Assembly: GCA_043228905.1 (NCBI GenBank)
Contig: JBHGNT010000007.1
Coordinates: 19,964,001 to 20,028,000 of the forward strand
From: Azolla caroliniana
Taxonomy: Eukaryota; Plantae; Polypodiophyta
Direction of reading: 5' to 3'
Length of the DNA stretch: 64,000 nt
Program-made: the position numbers and the translations under genes
Notes under the pieces: model-generated
The model's database searches: none
Told to the model about the DNA's origin: nothing
What the model saw: only the letters and a program-made list of their open reading frames with translations
Shown here: piece by piece, positions 25,740-39,688 of the stretch
How positions within the stretch are numbered: position 1 is the first letter of the stretch
Layout of the letters: each line of letters begins with the position of its first letter

Positions 25740-28732
25740 GATATATACGTGGGTCCAGATGATATTTGATATAAGATCAAATGGTGACTTTTTGCCTGAA
25801 TGGAGGAACGAACAAGATCAATTTTTTGGGGTAATTTCATAGAGTCAATTCCATATTGTTGGCCCTTGGATATATGCTTATTCAAATACGATAAAAGGAT
25901 TTGAAGGCAATTCCTTCAACTGGCTAAATCCCTTTCAAGACTATATTTGAAAACCTTTTGTACATTTGAATTACAAACCTCATATAGTCTTTATAAATAA
26001 AAACCTCGCATAAAGGCTTCTTCTTGCAAGAGGAAGGATAGGGAAAGATCATGAACACCAGGTCAACAATACCATGTCAGCATCTACAAATCATCAACTG
26101 GTTGTGTCACTGTTGCTGACTTGAAAATTGTAGAAAATACCGTCGAAGGAAAAAGCTGAGAGGCTGCAGAAAAGAAGAAAAGAGCTGAGAGCTTTAGCTC
26201 TAAAATATGAAGGCTTCAAAATTCCTTGTGTAAAGACAGTGTGAACACAACTGGGGTGGGGGCTTGTGGAGCTATGAATGAAAGAAGGAGAATAGAGAAC
26301 CAAATGCAGACAAAATTATGGGGAGGGTTTGTTTTGGTTACTTGTGAATCTATCTATGAAAAGATAAAGTGCTAGTGGAATGTGTCACAATCAAACAATT
26401 GTAAATATTTTCAACTTGGTTAGGCTTGTGCAGTCTCTTTTCTTCCCATCTCTCAAACCTTCAATCGGTGACCTTTTGTAAATAATAATAGAGAACAATT
26501 TGGAAATATTTGCTAGTTACAACTTCCACTCCTTGAAATTCTGATTTCATGTCACCGTTTAAGTGTTGTGCATTAACTTATTTTGAACTAACCATGCAGC
26601 AATGAAATACTCACAATATGATACTTCATTCAGATAACTCTCCTAGTAAGAGATAACAAGTAAGCCCTACACCTTGCAGCAATCCCTATGTCCTAGAACC
26701 TTGCAATTAGTAACCTTGATGAATTTTGCTGCTTACCAAAATTGACCTTATGGTGCGTGATAATACATGTATTATATGTCTACATTAGTTGGACTGTTTA
26801 TACTAAGAATGTCTTGCCAACATGTGGAGGGTTGTGTTTTTAGACCTTGAGACTTAATGAATATACTCTAAATCCAATTGATGAGAAAATGGATCATTTC
26901 TTTGATTTTAATGAATTTTCCATTCCTAATGTTTTGTAGGTAGGAAAAATAAAGCAACACAATGGTAGAGCAATTACCTAGGGTTGTAAGTTTGCTATAG
27001 GGGGTGGGTGGTAGGAGGTTTTAAGATCTTTGGGGCATATGTGATCGAATTTGATCCCTTGATTGCATTTTCATGCTATGATATGCAATATAATGTAACC
27101 AAAAGTTGTGGGTTTCATCTCATCAACATTTGGGTTTGTAACCTTATGTAATCCTTATCACACTAACATTGGAAGCATGCATACCGATAGCAAAAACATC
27201 ACCTCTCTTTATTTCATAGAGAGGGGCCAAATAGTTGGATCAAGCTGATGTGGTATACTAGTTGAATTGAGGTTACAAGTGAAAGGGATTTGTCCTTGTT
27301 GTCACTGGTATCAATGTCACATAGAACAACACTTCATGGCACAACTTTAACTGTGAAAATCAATGTGGGCACTTTCTCAATATATAGACAACATGTATGC
27401 AACATACTTGGCTTCACCACATTGTGACGATGATTTGTATGTGCAACATACAAAATTATTGCATGAAGTGAAACCTTAAATATAGAATCACATTCATCTC
27501 TGATACATCGCCACTATTGATAAGAATATAACTCAACTCTTAGGTACTAATCTATATGACATCTCAAAGTTGAAAAAAATGTCTCAAACAAGGCAATTAG
27601 TCTTCTTTGGACTTCACTGTATGTTGAATAAATATTCTGTGATTGAATTGTTTTGACCCAACCCAAACCCATGATTGTTGTTTGGAACCTCTGTTGGGTG
27701 CTATCAATAATTAATCATGAGCATATTGATATGTATATGATTATAAATCCATGCTATCATCACTCTAGGGTAACATGTTAAAACATTCTAATGTATGATA
27801 CATGGTGTGTATGCTGTGCAAGAGAGAAAGAGAAAGGATCTGTCTACCATCTGAATTTATCTAGAGACACAGAGATACAGAGACAATTAGAGAGAATGAA
27901 TGATTCTGTACCATAGCTCGCTCTTTTACCTGGACATGAAAAGCAGTGTCTAACCAGGTACACACATTCATCTGAAAGGCCCTTGAGAAACATGTTAATA
28001 CGGGGTGGGATTGCTTTTTGCTGTTTGTCGAAACCAAATGGTGGCTCTTTTCTGTTTACCATTTCCTGTTTTCGTTCAGTTTCGTCCCCCAAAAGAGGAA
28101 AGAATGGAATCAGGATATTTATGAAAATTTAAGAGTTTCAATCCTTTTTTAAGCATGATTGGAAAGGTACATTGGTGTATATTAACTATAACATAAATAC
28201 AATTTTTTTCTTGATCTGTAGCTCAAAAAAGTAAATTGTTAAGAATTAAATTGAGCACATATGTAAATTGAATCTCTGGATGAGTGGTAAACAATATCTT
28301 TGGATATGATTGGAAAGATGCATCGAGGAATGTAATTATAATATACTGCTGCTGTCTTTTCGGCCATTAGGCTGAAATGTGAAGTTACATGAATGTAATT
28401 GAGCACATATGCATGTATTTGTAGTTTTTTAAAGCATGATTGAAGGGTACCTTGAGGGTTGCAATTACATAACCTGGCATTTCTTTGAATAAATAGGTTG
28501 AAATGTGAGCCACGAGATCCGATGTTATAATTGTAACTGAGGTAGAAACTATTACATAATCTGACTACTTTCTTTGACCAATCTGCCGAATGTAAGGTGC
28601 AAAATCTCCAATTGTGCTTATTTTGAGAGGCCAAAGTAATCCGCCTTCTTCTTCATAAAACAATTGAAATTTCAGCCATAAGACCTGTGCTGAAAATTTA
28701 AGTGAGGATCCAGTTTTTATATAAGCACACTT

Positions 28733-30468
28733 ATTTTTCAACAAATCAGTTGACATTTTAATTGCAAGATGCGAATCAAAATCAAGTCAGAAGATGATCC
28801 TTGGTGCTTTTTCAAGAGAGCAAAACTATCATGCTTCTTCTTAGATAAGGCATTCAACATGTAAGTCACAAGATTGGAGTTCAAAATCTAAGTCAGAAGA
28901 GTTTGTTTTGTTGTTCTTTCCAATAGAGTTGAGTAGTCCAACCACTTTTCAACAAATCAATCAAAATATAAGTCACAAGATATGATACCAAAATGTGAAT
29001 TGCAAGAGTTGCTTTTGCTTTTCTCTAGATACCAAAGTGATCCAATAGCTTATTCACAAATCAATCTAAATCCAAGCAACAAAATCTGAGATCAAAGTGT
29101 AAGTTATAAGAAATTGAGACCAAAATGCAAGTCACAAGATTTGCTTTCATATTTCTTTTATTGTGTTCTCTTTGTTCTTTGTAAGCAATTCAATTAGCTT
29201 CAAGATGCTTCTCAAACAAAAGCTTAGTGCAATGGGGATCAATGATTTCTAGATACTTCCAAAATGGGCTTAGCATGGTTGATCTGGAATGTTTTGAGAA
29301 CAAGCAAGCCGAAGGCATACAACCACACCGGGTTATCTTCACAACTGTCTAAAAAGGATGTGTGGGTGCTGGATCCATCAAACATGCCATGGAAATACAT
29401 GATCAAATTATAAGAATTGGTCTTTATATGGATGTTGATATCAGCAGCAGTCTCATTGTTACATATGCAAAATTCAGATGTTTAAAAGAATCAAGAAATG
29501 TGTTCAATGTTACGTCACAAAGGAATGTTGCGCTGTGGGTTGCTATGATAACTGGATATATTGAGCATGGATTTGGTCATGACACACTTTCTCTTTACCA
29601 GCAAATGCAAGAGATCGGTATAAAACCAGATAGTCATCTAGTTGTGTTTTTTGAAAGCATGTGGTTGCATTGAAACTATAAAACCATGCAAGATTCTGCA
29701 TGATGAGATTATAAGAGCTGGTATGGAGTCTGATGTGGCTCTCGCAAGCACACTTTTGGACGTGTATGCAAAATGTGCTTGCCTAAATGATGCCGAGGGA
29801 GTGTTTAATGGAATGCCACAAAGAAATTTTGTTTCATGGAATATATTAATGATAGGCCATGTTCAGCAAGGCAATTGTTTAACTGCAATGTATATTTTCA
29901 AGGATATGCAACATGCAGGCATGATTCCAACAAAGGTCACATTTTTATGCATTATAAGAGCTTGTTGTAGCATCAAAGCACTTGGATTAGGAAAAGAGAT
30001 ACATAATCAACTCATAATTACTGGATTTGATGTTCATTTGGACATAGGGAATGCAATTATTGATATGTATGCTAAATGCCAAATGCTAGAGGATCCTCGC
30101 AAAGTCTTTGATAACTCGGGTTTTCAAGACCATATATCATGGGGTTATGTTCAACATGGACATTGTACAATAGCCCTTACTCTTTTTGAAGAAATGCAAA
30201 GAGATGATATTGAACCAAATAAAGCTTTATTTTCTTCAATTTTGAAGGCATGTGGCACCATGGGTGACATAGAGCATGGAAAGATGATTCACGATCAAGT
30301 GAAGAAAAATGGGTATGAGTATGACACAATCGTTGGGAATGCACTTATTTATATGTATGCAAAATGTGGATGTCTAAAAGAGTCTGATCTGGTGATTGGA
30401 AATACCATTCTAGATACATATACTAAATGCAAGAATCTTAAAGAAACCCGAAACATATTTGTTAAGAT
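28733..30468 (+). pseudogene. Inverted pseudogene copy of the PPR gene plus ~450 bp of its upstream sequence
   Basis: Reverse-complement match to 12490-10196. Start ATG changed to ATT (29188), TAA at ~29350, frameshift at ~29632, a 15-bp deletion at ~30143, a 543-bp internal deletion at ~30381, and 3' truncation at 30468. Confidence 0.93.
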
Positions 30469-31129
30469 TTCCACTTTCTCCGATAAAGAAATTTAACACA
30501 TTAGTACCTCTCTTAACTTTCACGGATATGCTTTCACTCCATACGCATACCCCAATTACAACGCAATCCCCAATATCTCTGAAATAGGAAAACAATCTCC
30601 ATCTCTAAATTTGGGTTAACCTTTGGAAAGTATGCAAACACCCACTGTCTAGACGTCAAATAACATCGAGATAAAACTTGTCAAATTTGGGAAATGTAAC
30701 CCAAAATCTAACAAGCAATCAGACATTGTATAAAACAATGAGTATTTCTTCTATTTCAACAATGCAAAAGAAGCAATTGCCTGTTGCTAGTCTAGAATGA
30801 TTTAGAGCTAATCCCAAGGCAATCCTTAATTGGCAATTTAGAATACGAACTAGACTTTAAGATCTGCCATCACACATGATCAGATTTGTGTATTTTCTAT
30901 TCTTTTTTCAACCTTAGATGATAACCATTTAAGAGACTCAATGGAGCAATGATACAAAAGATTAGTAATCACTTGTAAATACAGTGTTTGACCTCATAAA
31001 CACCAATTAGTCTATGGTTGTTCTCTCTCTCACACACTTTGATCGGGACTCTTTTACCACATCAACACAACAAATATCACTTTCACGATTCTCTTAATAA
31101 AAAATAATACATACATTACACTCTCTAGG

Positions 31130-31647
31130 CTTTTAAATTTCTTTTGAGATTCTTCTATTTTCTTTTGGGCCGACATACAAGTTGTGCATGAGGAATCAAC
31201 TAAGATGCTCGTACACATGCCCCCCCTGTTATCTACACTCCGTTAAGCCTCTTCCTCACTCTAGTCACGTAGTCCCGACACATGCTTTTATATTTTGAGC
31301 TTTTTTTGCCCCAGGCATGTTGTCTTGTTGTTGTGATCCATTCAACTCCCCTTACATGTCTATATATGTATTTGTATCTTGTATCTTGTATCCATATATG
31401 TATATGTGTCTTGTATCTCTATTTTGTATTTGTATCTCTATATGTATCTCTATCTTGTATGTGTATTTGTATCTTTCATTCTTCGAGAAACCCAATCGAC
31501 AAGCTCTTCGAGTGATTTCTCGTTCGAACAAAATGGTTGAATCCTTCGATTTGAATTCGTCCAAGTTCCATTAATACATGTGATTTGATGAAGAAGTGTT
31601 GTAACAAGTGGATTTTCCATACAATTAATGCAATTGTCTGTTTTTAC

Positions 31648-31699
<52 letters not shown>

Positions 31700-32675
31700 A
31701 AGAGAGCCCCAATCAAAAGGTAATATATAACATTGATACATTTTTCAGCACCAATCGAGTTCCCCTCTTCTTCCTTTCAAGGAAATACCAACAATTTTCT
31801 CCTCCTTACGTGTACATTTTTGGTAGGAAGGGAATCCCCCTCTTCTTATAAGGCCAGATGGCGCACCCACCTGTAGAAGCTCTCTCAAGAGGGGGGGAGG
31901 GGAAGAAAACATGCGTACATAGGATTTGATACCAGAGGTGGGGTATTTTGGGAAAGCTTACGAGTACTTTGTTAAACTATCAAACAAGTAGTCAACGGAT
32001 ACAAAAAACACATAAAAAAAAAGTAGCCCTAACTTTGACAAGCATTCGTCGATAGAATATCCAAAAATTCTCTCAAAAGAGACAAGTTAACACATGCTTT
32101 GGGAAGCGTCAAAAAAGCTAAATTGGGGTATGGCATTCTATTAAACACCCAAGGTCCTCCAAAACGTAGTCAGGGGATACGATCGAGAATTAACTAGGAC
32201 TTTCTTCGGTATTTACAAATTCGGAAGAGAATTCAAGCAAAGCATTAGTGACCAAACCAAGCAACAAAACAACTAAGAATTAACGAGTAACGAGTAACAC
32301 TCTTAACTAAGATCGGATCCCCTCCTAATAAAGAGCCAGGATTTTCTTCGGAATGACAAATTTGGAAGAGAATTCAAGCAAATCAATGTGACCAAATGCA
32401 GTAACAAAATAACTAACAATTAACAAGTTAACAATCTTAATGATGATGATGATAATAGAGTTAGATAGAGAGAGAAAGAAAGAAAGATATATTAACAGTC
32501 TTTTAAGAGGCCAAAATGGCCCATAAGACCAAATAAGAGATTACATCTTGTGTAAAAGATAAACTAAAAGAGGGGGAGGTGGAGAACAGAGGATGCTCTG
32601 TTTCCTCCGTAGTCCATAGCTTCAGCTGAAAGCCCTAACCATACAGACATATATATGTATGTATGTATGTATGTG
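31130..32675 (+). promoter_or_regulatory. Upstream/promoter region of NAD synthetase (second copy of the 12493-15060 segment)
   Basis: Lies 5' of the gene and has a telo-box-like (a)gccctaacc at ~32631; the duplicate has AAACCCTAA. Promoter function is inferred. Confidence 0.45.
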
Positions 32676-33768
32676 TTTGTACTAAGATATTGCAAACAGA
32701 TTTGATCTGCAACAACAGGAGAGGGAGAGAAAAAAAGCCATTAGAAAGAAGAGGTGGTATCTATCTCTCAACCAATACCTGGTATTTATTCTCTCCTTTG
32801 CACATACAATTCAGATCGTAATTATTAACTATCTCCAAATGTTTTGATTCCTGCGCATCATAACTGGTTTACCTTAATTGTGTCTTATTTAAACTCACTC
32901 GCATCCTCCGGTCACTGATAGTTCCTTCTCTTGTATGATTACATGATGCTATGCACATTTTATCTATATAATGTACACATCAATCTACATAAATATGGAC
33001 ATAAACATACACATAAACACCCACATGACTCTTTTTCTACAGTATTATAATGATGATTTGCACATAAATCCAAATGTAGGATATGCAACATAGATCCATG
33101 TGCTTCCTTCACTGTCATAATGTAGTGATTTTACCCATAAATCCACTACCAAAGACGCTTGATTCCATGGCTATGATGGTATACACATAAATCCTAAATG
33201 TCGCATGGTTCTATGATAATATGGTAATATATAGCAATGTGATATGGCCAAAAATTGTAAAAGCATATGTTTCCTTAGCTATGATGAATGATATAGAGCT
33301 ATGTAATGAGTCCAGGAACTTGTAACTCCATGCTATGATAAGATATATATAAGCACACATACATATATAGATGTGATAACATCTTATCATACTTAATCGA
33401 TAACCTTCTTCATGATTAAAATTATCTCTCTCTTGCAGAAGTGATAGAAAACTATGTATCGCAGTTCGTGTAGTAAGGATCACAGTATAATATGCATGAT
33501 TATTGTTGCGCATATCATACAGACTTTGAAAACCATTATAAAAAACTTCTTTTTTTATTCTTTTTTTTCAAATGTCATAGAACATTGGGGCAACGAGTAC
33601 ATTACACTTTTTGAACGTAATTTCTTTTTTCAATAATGGGTTTTACATTTAATTATCAAAATATTGAGGGGCTATTTAAATGAAAATCTCCTTCATTTGA
33701 TAGAGTTGTGAAGAACACCATGATTGTGCAGTTCTAACCATTCGTATCCATCATTTACACAGAAAAGC

Positions 33769-36700
33769 ATGAGGCCAATCAAAATAGCAACATGTAATTT
33801 GAATCAATGGGCTATGGATTTCGATGGGAACCTGAAGCGTATTAAGGAGTCTATTCAAGAGGCTAAAGACAAGGGTGCAATACTTCGAGTGGGTCCAGAG
33901 CTTGAAATCACAGGATATGGGTGCGAAGACCATTTTTTGGAGCCAGACACCAGCACTCATGCGTGAGTAAATGATTCATCCTTACTTTGTGAGTGAATCA
34001 TTTAGCGGTGATGTGGAGCACAATTGCTTACTTCAATATATATTTCTGAGATAATTTGCTCTAACTTTTAAAGGAAGTTTTTTGATCAATTCATATGCTG
34101 CCTTAATTTATACATATATAACTCATATTCATGATGCAAATTTATGAGATAGTGCAATTTCAATATTATGGCTATTTGATATGCGAATATACTGTTTCAG
34201 GTGGGAGTGCCTGAAAGAACTTCTATTATCAGATCTCACTCATGGCATTCTTTGCGCAATTGGGATGCCAGTGATATATGAAGGGGTACGATACAATTGT
34301 AGTGTATTTTGCCACAATGGTCACATACTCCTTATACGACCAAAGCTATACCTTGCCAATGATGGTAATTACAGGGAATTAAGATGGTTTTCAGCATGGA
34401 AAAATCCTCAAAAATTAGAAGAACTTCAACTTCCTTGTATGATATCGAAGGAAATATCTCAATCAAGTGCACCCTTTGGAGATGCATGCCTCTCCTTTGC
34501 AGACACGTACATATCCAATCCCTCCTTATGTTTTGAGAGAGTTTTGATGTGGATTGTTTCATGGTGTTAAAAAAACAGCATTTCTCACTACTTGAACCCC
34601 TTTATGTCACAAAGGAAAATTGGCGTAGAGACTTGTGAAGAGCTATTTACACCATTGTCTCCTCACATTTCGCTTGCATTACACGGTGTTGAAATCATCG
34701 TTAATGGGAGCGGGAGCCACCATCAGCTTAGGAAGCTCGACAAGCGCCTTGAGTTGATTCGAGGGGCTACAAGCAAAATGGGTGGTGTATATGTCTATGC
34801 CAACCAGCAAGGTTGTGATGGTGGCCGCCTTTATTACGGTATATCATCCTTACAATCTATAATATGAACATTATTTTGCATTTTCCTTTTGGAAAACAGG
34901 GCTACATATTATCTGCACTACAAAACCATCAGAATTGTTCAAGTGGCCTAAACTTGACCTCCTAGTGTTTTTCATTATACATATTGCATGCCCTTTTAGG
35001 ATTTTTAATACTTAGAAAAAGGCATTGTCTGTGTGGCATAGTAGTTAAGAAGGCATTCACAAATGGATTTTTAACTGCGTGTTGTGCACATGCTGTCTAT
35101 ATTTCCAAAAGTTAAAAGAAAACAAATTGAAATATTTCCGTACCAACTTTTTCCCACAGCTATTATGCTGCATTATGTATATGTTTATGAGCACATGCAC
35201 ATACACAGATAACATATATACAATACAGACATATGATGCTTGACATTGCATGAACTTATTGATTGTCATCCAGTATATAATGCTTGTACTTCATCATATC
35301 ACCTTAAAATATGTTATTTGAGTGATTTTATGTGTCTTTTTCTATAATTGCAAGTGATGCATGCAATGTTAACGGATACCAAGGTGCTGCTGATGTTACT
35401 AATACTAATACTGATGCTGCTGCTCTGGAAGACAATCTCTTGTCTAACTTATTGCTGCTTGTATATTCAATGAGACCTTTTTTCTTTCTACGATTTTCAC
35501 AGATGGTTGTGCATGTATTGTGGTCAATGGAGACATTGTTGCCCAGGGATCACAATTTTCTTTGCGGGATGTGGAGGTCTTAACTGCCTCTGTTGATTTA
35601 GATACGGTGAGTGAGAGAAATGCATTCTAAAGTAAGCTAGCATATGTGAAGCATGATAGTTCTTTGAATGAAGCATCTCATGCTTTGGAACTAAATGAGT
35701 TCTTTTTTATTATTATCTCTGTGGCTGTTCTGGCTTTGAATACAGGTACGCAGTTATAGAGGATCAATAAGTAGCTTACGAGAGCAAGCCAGCCAACAGG
35801 CTCCTCTTCGTTATGTTGACATTGATGGACACTTATGTGAGGATTATGATACATTTCATTGTTTTCCAAATCTACCCATCGAGGTCAGTAAGATATTCAT
35901 ATAGCACAAGTTTTAGAGTATTCATCTATTAATTTTGTAATATGGTATATTAATTGGATCATGTGTTGAGGAAACAATTTCAGCTGCCATGAATCCTTCT
36001 ACATTTATATGGGATTGATGCCCTTCACAAAATTGTGAAGAACATATCTTGGTTGAAATTTCCCCATAATTTTTACATTTTCCATCTGATTTTGGTTGCT
36101 CTTCTTTGAAGCAGAAAAATCATATTTTATTTATGTAATCCGAGTTGGTTTTATTTAATTATTATATTCATATATCTGAACTCTTGAGTGTGCAAGCTGT
36201 ACCTAGTGAAGTGATAGAAATTCGGCATAATCATTTATAGAGAATGAGCTTACAGGGTGTGGCCCATTTTGATTCTATCGGTTCCGACATCGCTTTATTG
36301 TAGTTCATGTATCTTGCATATTCTATTGTTTAGATATATATTTGCATATTTTTCTCATTGACTCATAGCATAATTAATTTATAGGTCGTTACTTAGTGTT
36401 GAATTCTCATGGACAGCATTGTCTATCAGTTAAGGAAGAAGATATAGATCATTCAGCACATTGAAGTAAAGACGTCTCATGGATGATGTTGCCAATCAGT
36501 CCTTCTCAAAGTATTAGAAATTTCTCGTGCTGAATAATGTACTATTGCTAGCACTCAATATGAAGGACTGGTGACATGAGTAAGGATGCTATATCAGCTA
36601 GAAAATGGTGATAACTATCGGTGTCTTGAAATGAAGTTCTTACAAATAAGTCAGTCTTATGCTGCCTTAATTGTTTGTCTCCCTGCAATGACCTCAATAT

Positions 36701-39688
36701 ATTGCTCTTTTACAGAAAAATAAAAGTATTGTATTCATTTACTTTTACAATTACCGTTATTTCTGTTTCATTCTCATTTTTTAAACATCTTGAACAATGA
36801 TTTTATTTTAGATCTAGGATTCTTTTGTAAATATCTTTTGCTTTGAATCTCAGTAGACCATATAACCTCACTGAATCACTACCAACCGTTATGATTAGTC
36901 ACAGTAAAAACTATGTGGGGCAGGTCAGGTACCATCTTCCAGAAGAGGAAATTGCTTTAGGGCCTGCTTGTTGGCTGTGGGATTACTTGCGTCGTAGTGG
37001 TGCCATAGGTTTTCTTTTACCACTTTCAGGTGGTGCTGATAGTTCTTCCGTTGCTGCAATTGTTGGGTGTATGTGCCAATTAGTTGTGAAGGGTAAAGCA
37101 ATTTATTTTGTACCATAAAAAACAATTTGCTATAAATGTCTGAATTTGATGGTAGTATCTATCGCTCACCTAATTATCTATCTATTATCTTTCAGAAATA
37201 AATGAAGGAGATATGCAGGTGGAGGCAGATGCAAGGCGGATTGGGCTTTATGCTGATGGAGAAATCCCAAATGATCCAAAAGAATTAGCAAATAGAATTT
37301 TCCAAACTGTGTACATGGGTTCAGAGAACAGGTGAATATGGATAAGGTTTACAAAATAATAACATGTTGATTCTTATTGTAGGCCCCCCTCACTTTTATC
37401 TATGATAACAGCTCGGAAGAAACTCGTAGTCGTGCAGAACGGTTAGCAACTCAAATCGGGGCAAGTCACATGAACCTAAAGATTGATTCTGTTGTTTCTG
37501 CACTGGTTTGCCTTTTTAGTTCAATAACAGGCAAAATACCACGATTTAAGGTAAGATTTCACTCCCAAGGCTTTGACAGGTACTAAGTCATAAATTAAAT
37601 AATATAATCGCGAATAGTTGATTAGTTCTATCTTTATATAGGTGGATGGAGGAAGTACAGCTGAAAACCTTGCTCTACAAAATATCCAGGCCCGTGTCCG
37701 TATGGTTGTAGCTTTCATGCTTGCATCATTGATGCCATGGGTTCGGAGCAAGCATGGATTCTTCCTAGTTCTTGGCAGTGCAAATGTTGATGAGGCTTTA
37801 CGTGGTTACTTAACAAAGGTAAGCAACAGTTTTGCATTTTGAAATTTCTTTGCAACAGAAAACTATATATGAAAGTTAAAGATAACTGTATGATGTATAT
37901 ATTAATAGTCTGGCATTTTCAATTGTGAGAATTCTCATATTGTCTGGATGATTTACAGTATGATTGCAGTTCAGCAGATATAAACCCTATTGGAGGTATA
38001 AGTAAGACAGACTTGCGGAAGTTTCTACGCTGGGGTGCATTAAATCTTGGATATCCAGTTCTTGCTGAGATTGAGGCTGCCCCACCTACTGCAGAGCTAG
38101 AACCAATCAGACACAATTATGTGCAGGTGAGTTCATGTACTTAATCTGCATTATATTCAAATGATGACAATGAATATATGAGAGATTCGATTTGTACACA
38201 TTTGGTAAATGTTCTTATGCATGAAAAAACTATGTATGGCCATATATATACCATGTTGTGCAATAATATCACTTTTATGTTATATGTATGTGTATGTGTG
38301 TATGTGGTGGCATCTGCTTTTAGCATTGGTAAAGAAAGAAAAAATAATGTCTCTTAAGAAACCATATGGTCTATTGGACTGAATCAGAGATCTGATATAT
38401 TATATTGTCTCATCCTGGAGAATGACAAACCAAAATGAATATATTTATATAAGTAACATGTACTGTTTAAGCTATGAGATATTTCTTTTAGCTAAACTTG
38501 TGATGTTGTGAGCTTAGATGGTCTGAAACTTCTGCCTTCTAATATTGCTATATATTGAAGTTGTCGACCTCATCAAGTCCTTACTTGATATGTGATTTTG
38601 GGGTGTTAGCTTTTGTAAATAAGTGTTAATTGTGTCTTTAACAGCTAGATGAAGCTGATATGGGGATGACTTACGAGGAATTGTCCATGTACGGGCGGCT
38701 TCGAAAGATCTTCATGTGTGGTCCAGTATCTATGTTTAAGGTGTACATCTGTAGCCTCTTTTTGTTATGATCTCTTAGATTGATGAAGTTTTTGAAATGT
38801 TCTACTAATATTCTGATATCCATCCTTAGCATCTGTGTCATCATTGGGAAGGCAAACTCATGCCAGCACAAGTTGCAGTGAAAGTCAAAGATTTCTTCAA
38901 GTATTACTCCATGAATCGCCATAAGATGACAACACTTACTCCAGCATACCATGCCGAGGTAAGAAGCATGTATTAAAAAGCAGTATAGGAGGGTCAATGC
39001 CTAAATAGGTTGTTGAAGAGCTAAATGTTCTCATCTCTGGCCAAATCAACTCCATTAATGGAAGAATTAACAGCACATAAGGGCTGCTTTTATCTTGTGA
39101 TTCTTTTTTAAATATCATAAGGGGCAATATTGGAAAATATTCATGCGGTTTCAAAAATATCAATATGTGTCCCTTGTTGAAACTAAATTGATTAAGTAAA
39201 GAAAGAAATATATGGTGCCATCTCTAAATGATCAAATAAGATACTACAACTGAAAGAAGCATTTTTGTCTACGGGAATAATATCCTGCATGATATATGAA
39301 TATGCCTGAGTATGCTCCCTGAAGCATATGTAGTTTAGAAGTTTACAATTAACTGACGGGATTATTTTTTCTAAAAAATTCCCCTTTGAACTTCATAAGT
39401 TTTGAAAATAGGAGAAATTTCCTAAGTTTTGAAAATAGGAGAAATCTCATGCAGAATTACTCCCCTGAGGACAATCGATTCGATCTTCGTCAATTCTTGT
39501 ACAATACCCGATGGCCATGGCAATTCCGGAAGATAGATGAGCTAGTAAAATTGCGGGAATTTGAAGAAAGCACGGTATCCCCTGTGAGTGATAGACCTTC
39601 TGAAGCCGAGAGAGTATCGATACATGCCAAGGGCCTGGGCGTACCTGCTGCTGATGCAGTAAATGCATCTGTTGGAAGAGGTGCATAA
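33769..39688 (+). CDS. QNS1: Glutamine-dependent NAD(+) synthetase (~13 exons)
   Basis: Motifs [100 protein letters not shown] and [16 protein letters not shown]. Exons approx 33769-33962, 34201-34506, 34615-34838, 35503-35606, 35746-35883, 36924-37092, 37196-37331, 37412-37550, 37642-37818, 37959-38126, 38645-38740, 38830-38958, 39454-39688. Confidence 0.96.

Noticed and set aside
26040-26250. Short Lys/Arg-rich coding-like stretch (EKAERLQKRRKELRALALKYEGFK)
   Set aside because: No start codon, splice context or recognisable family.
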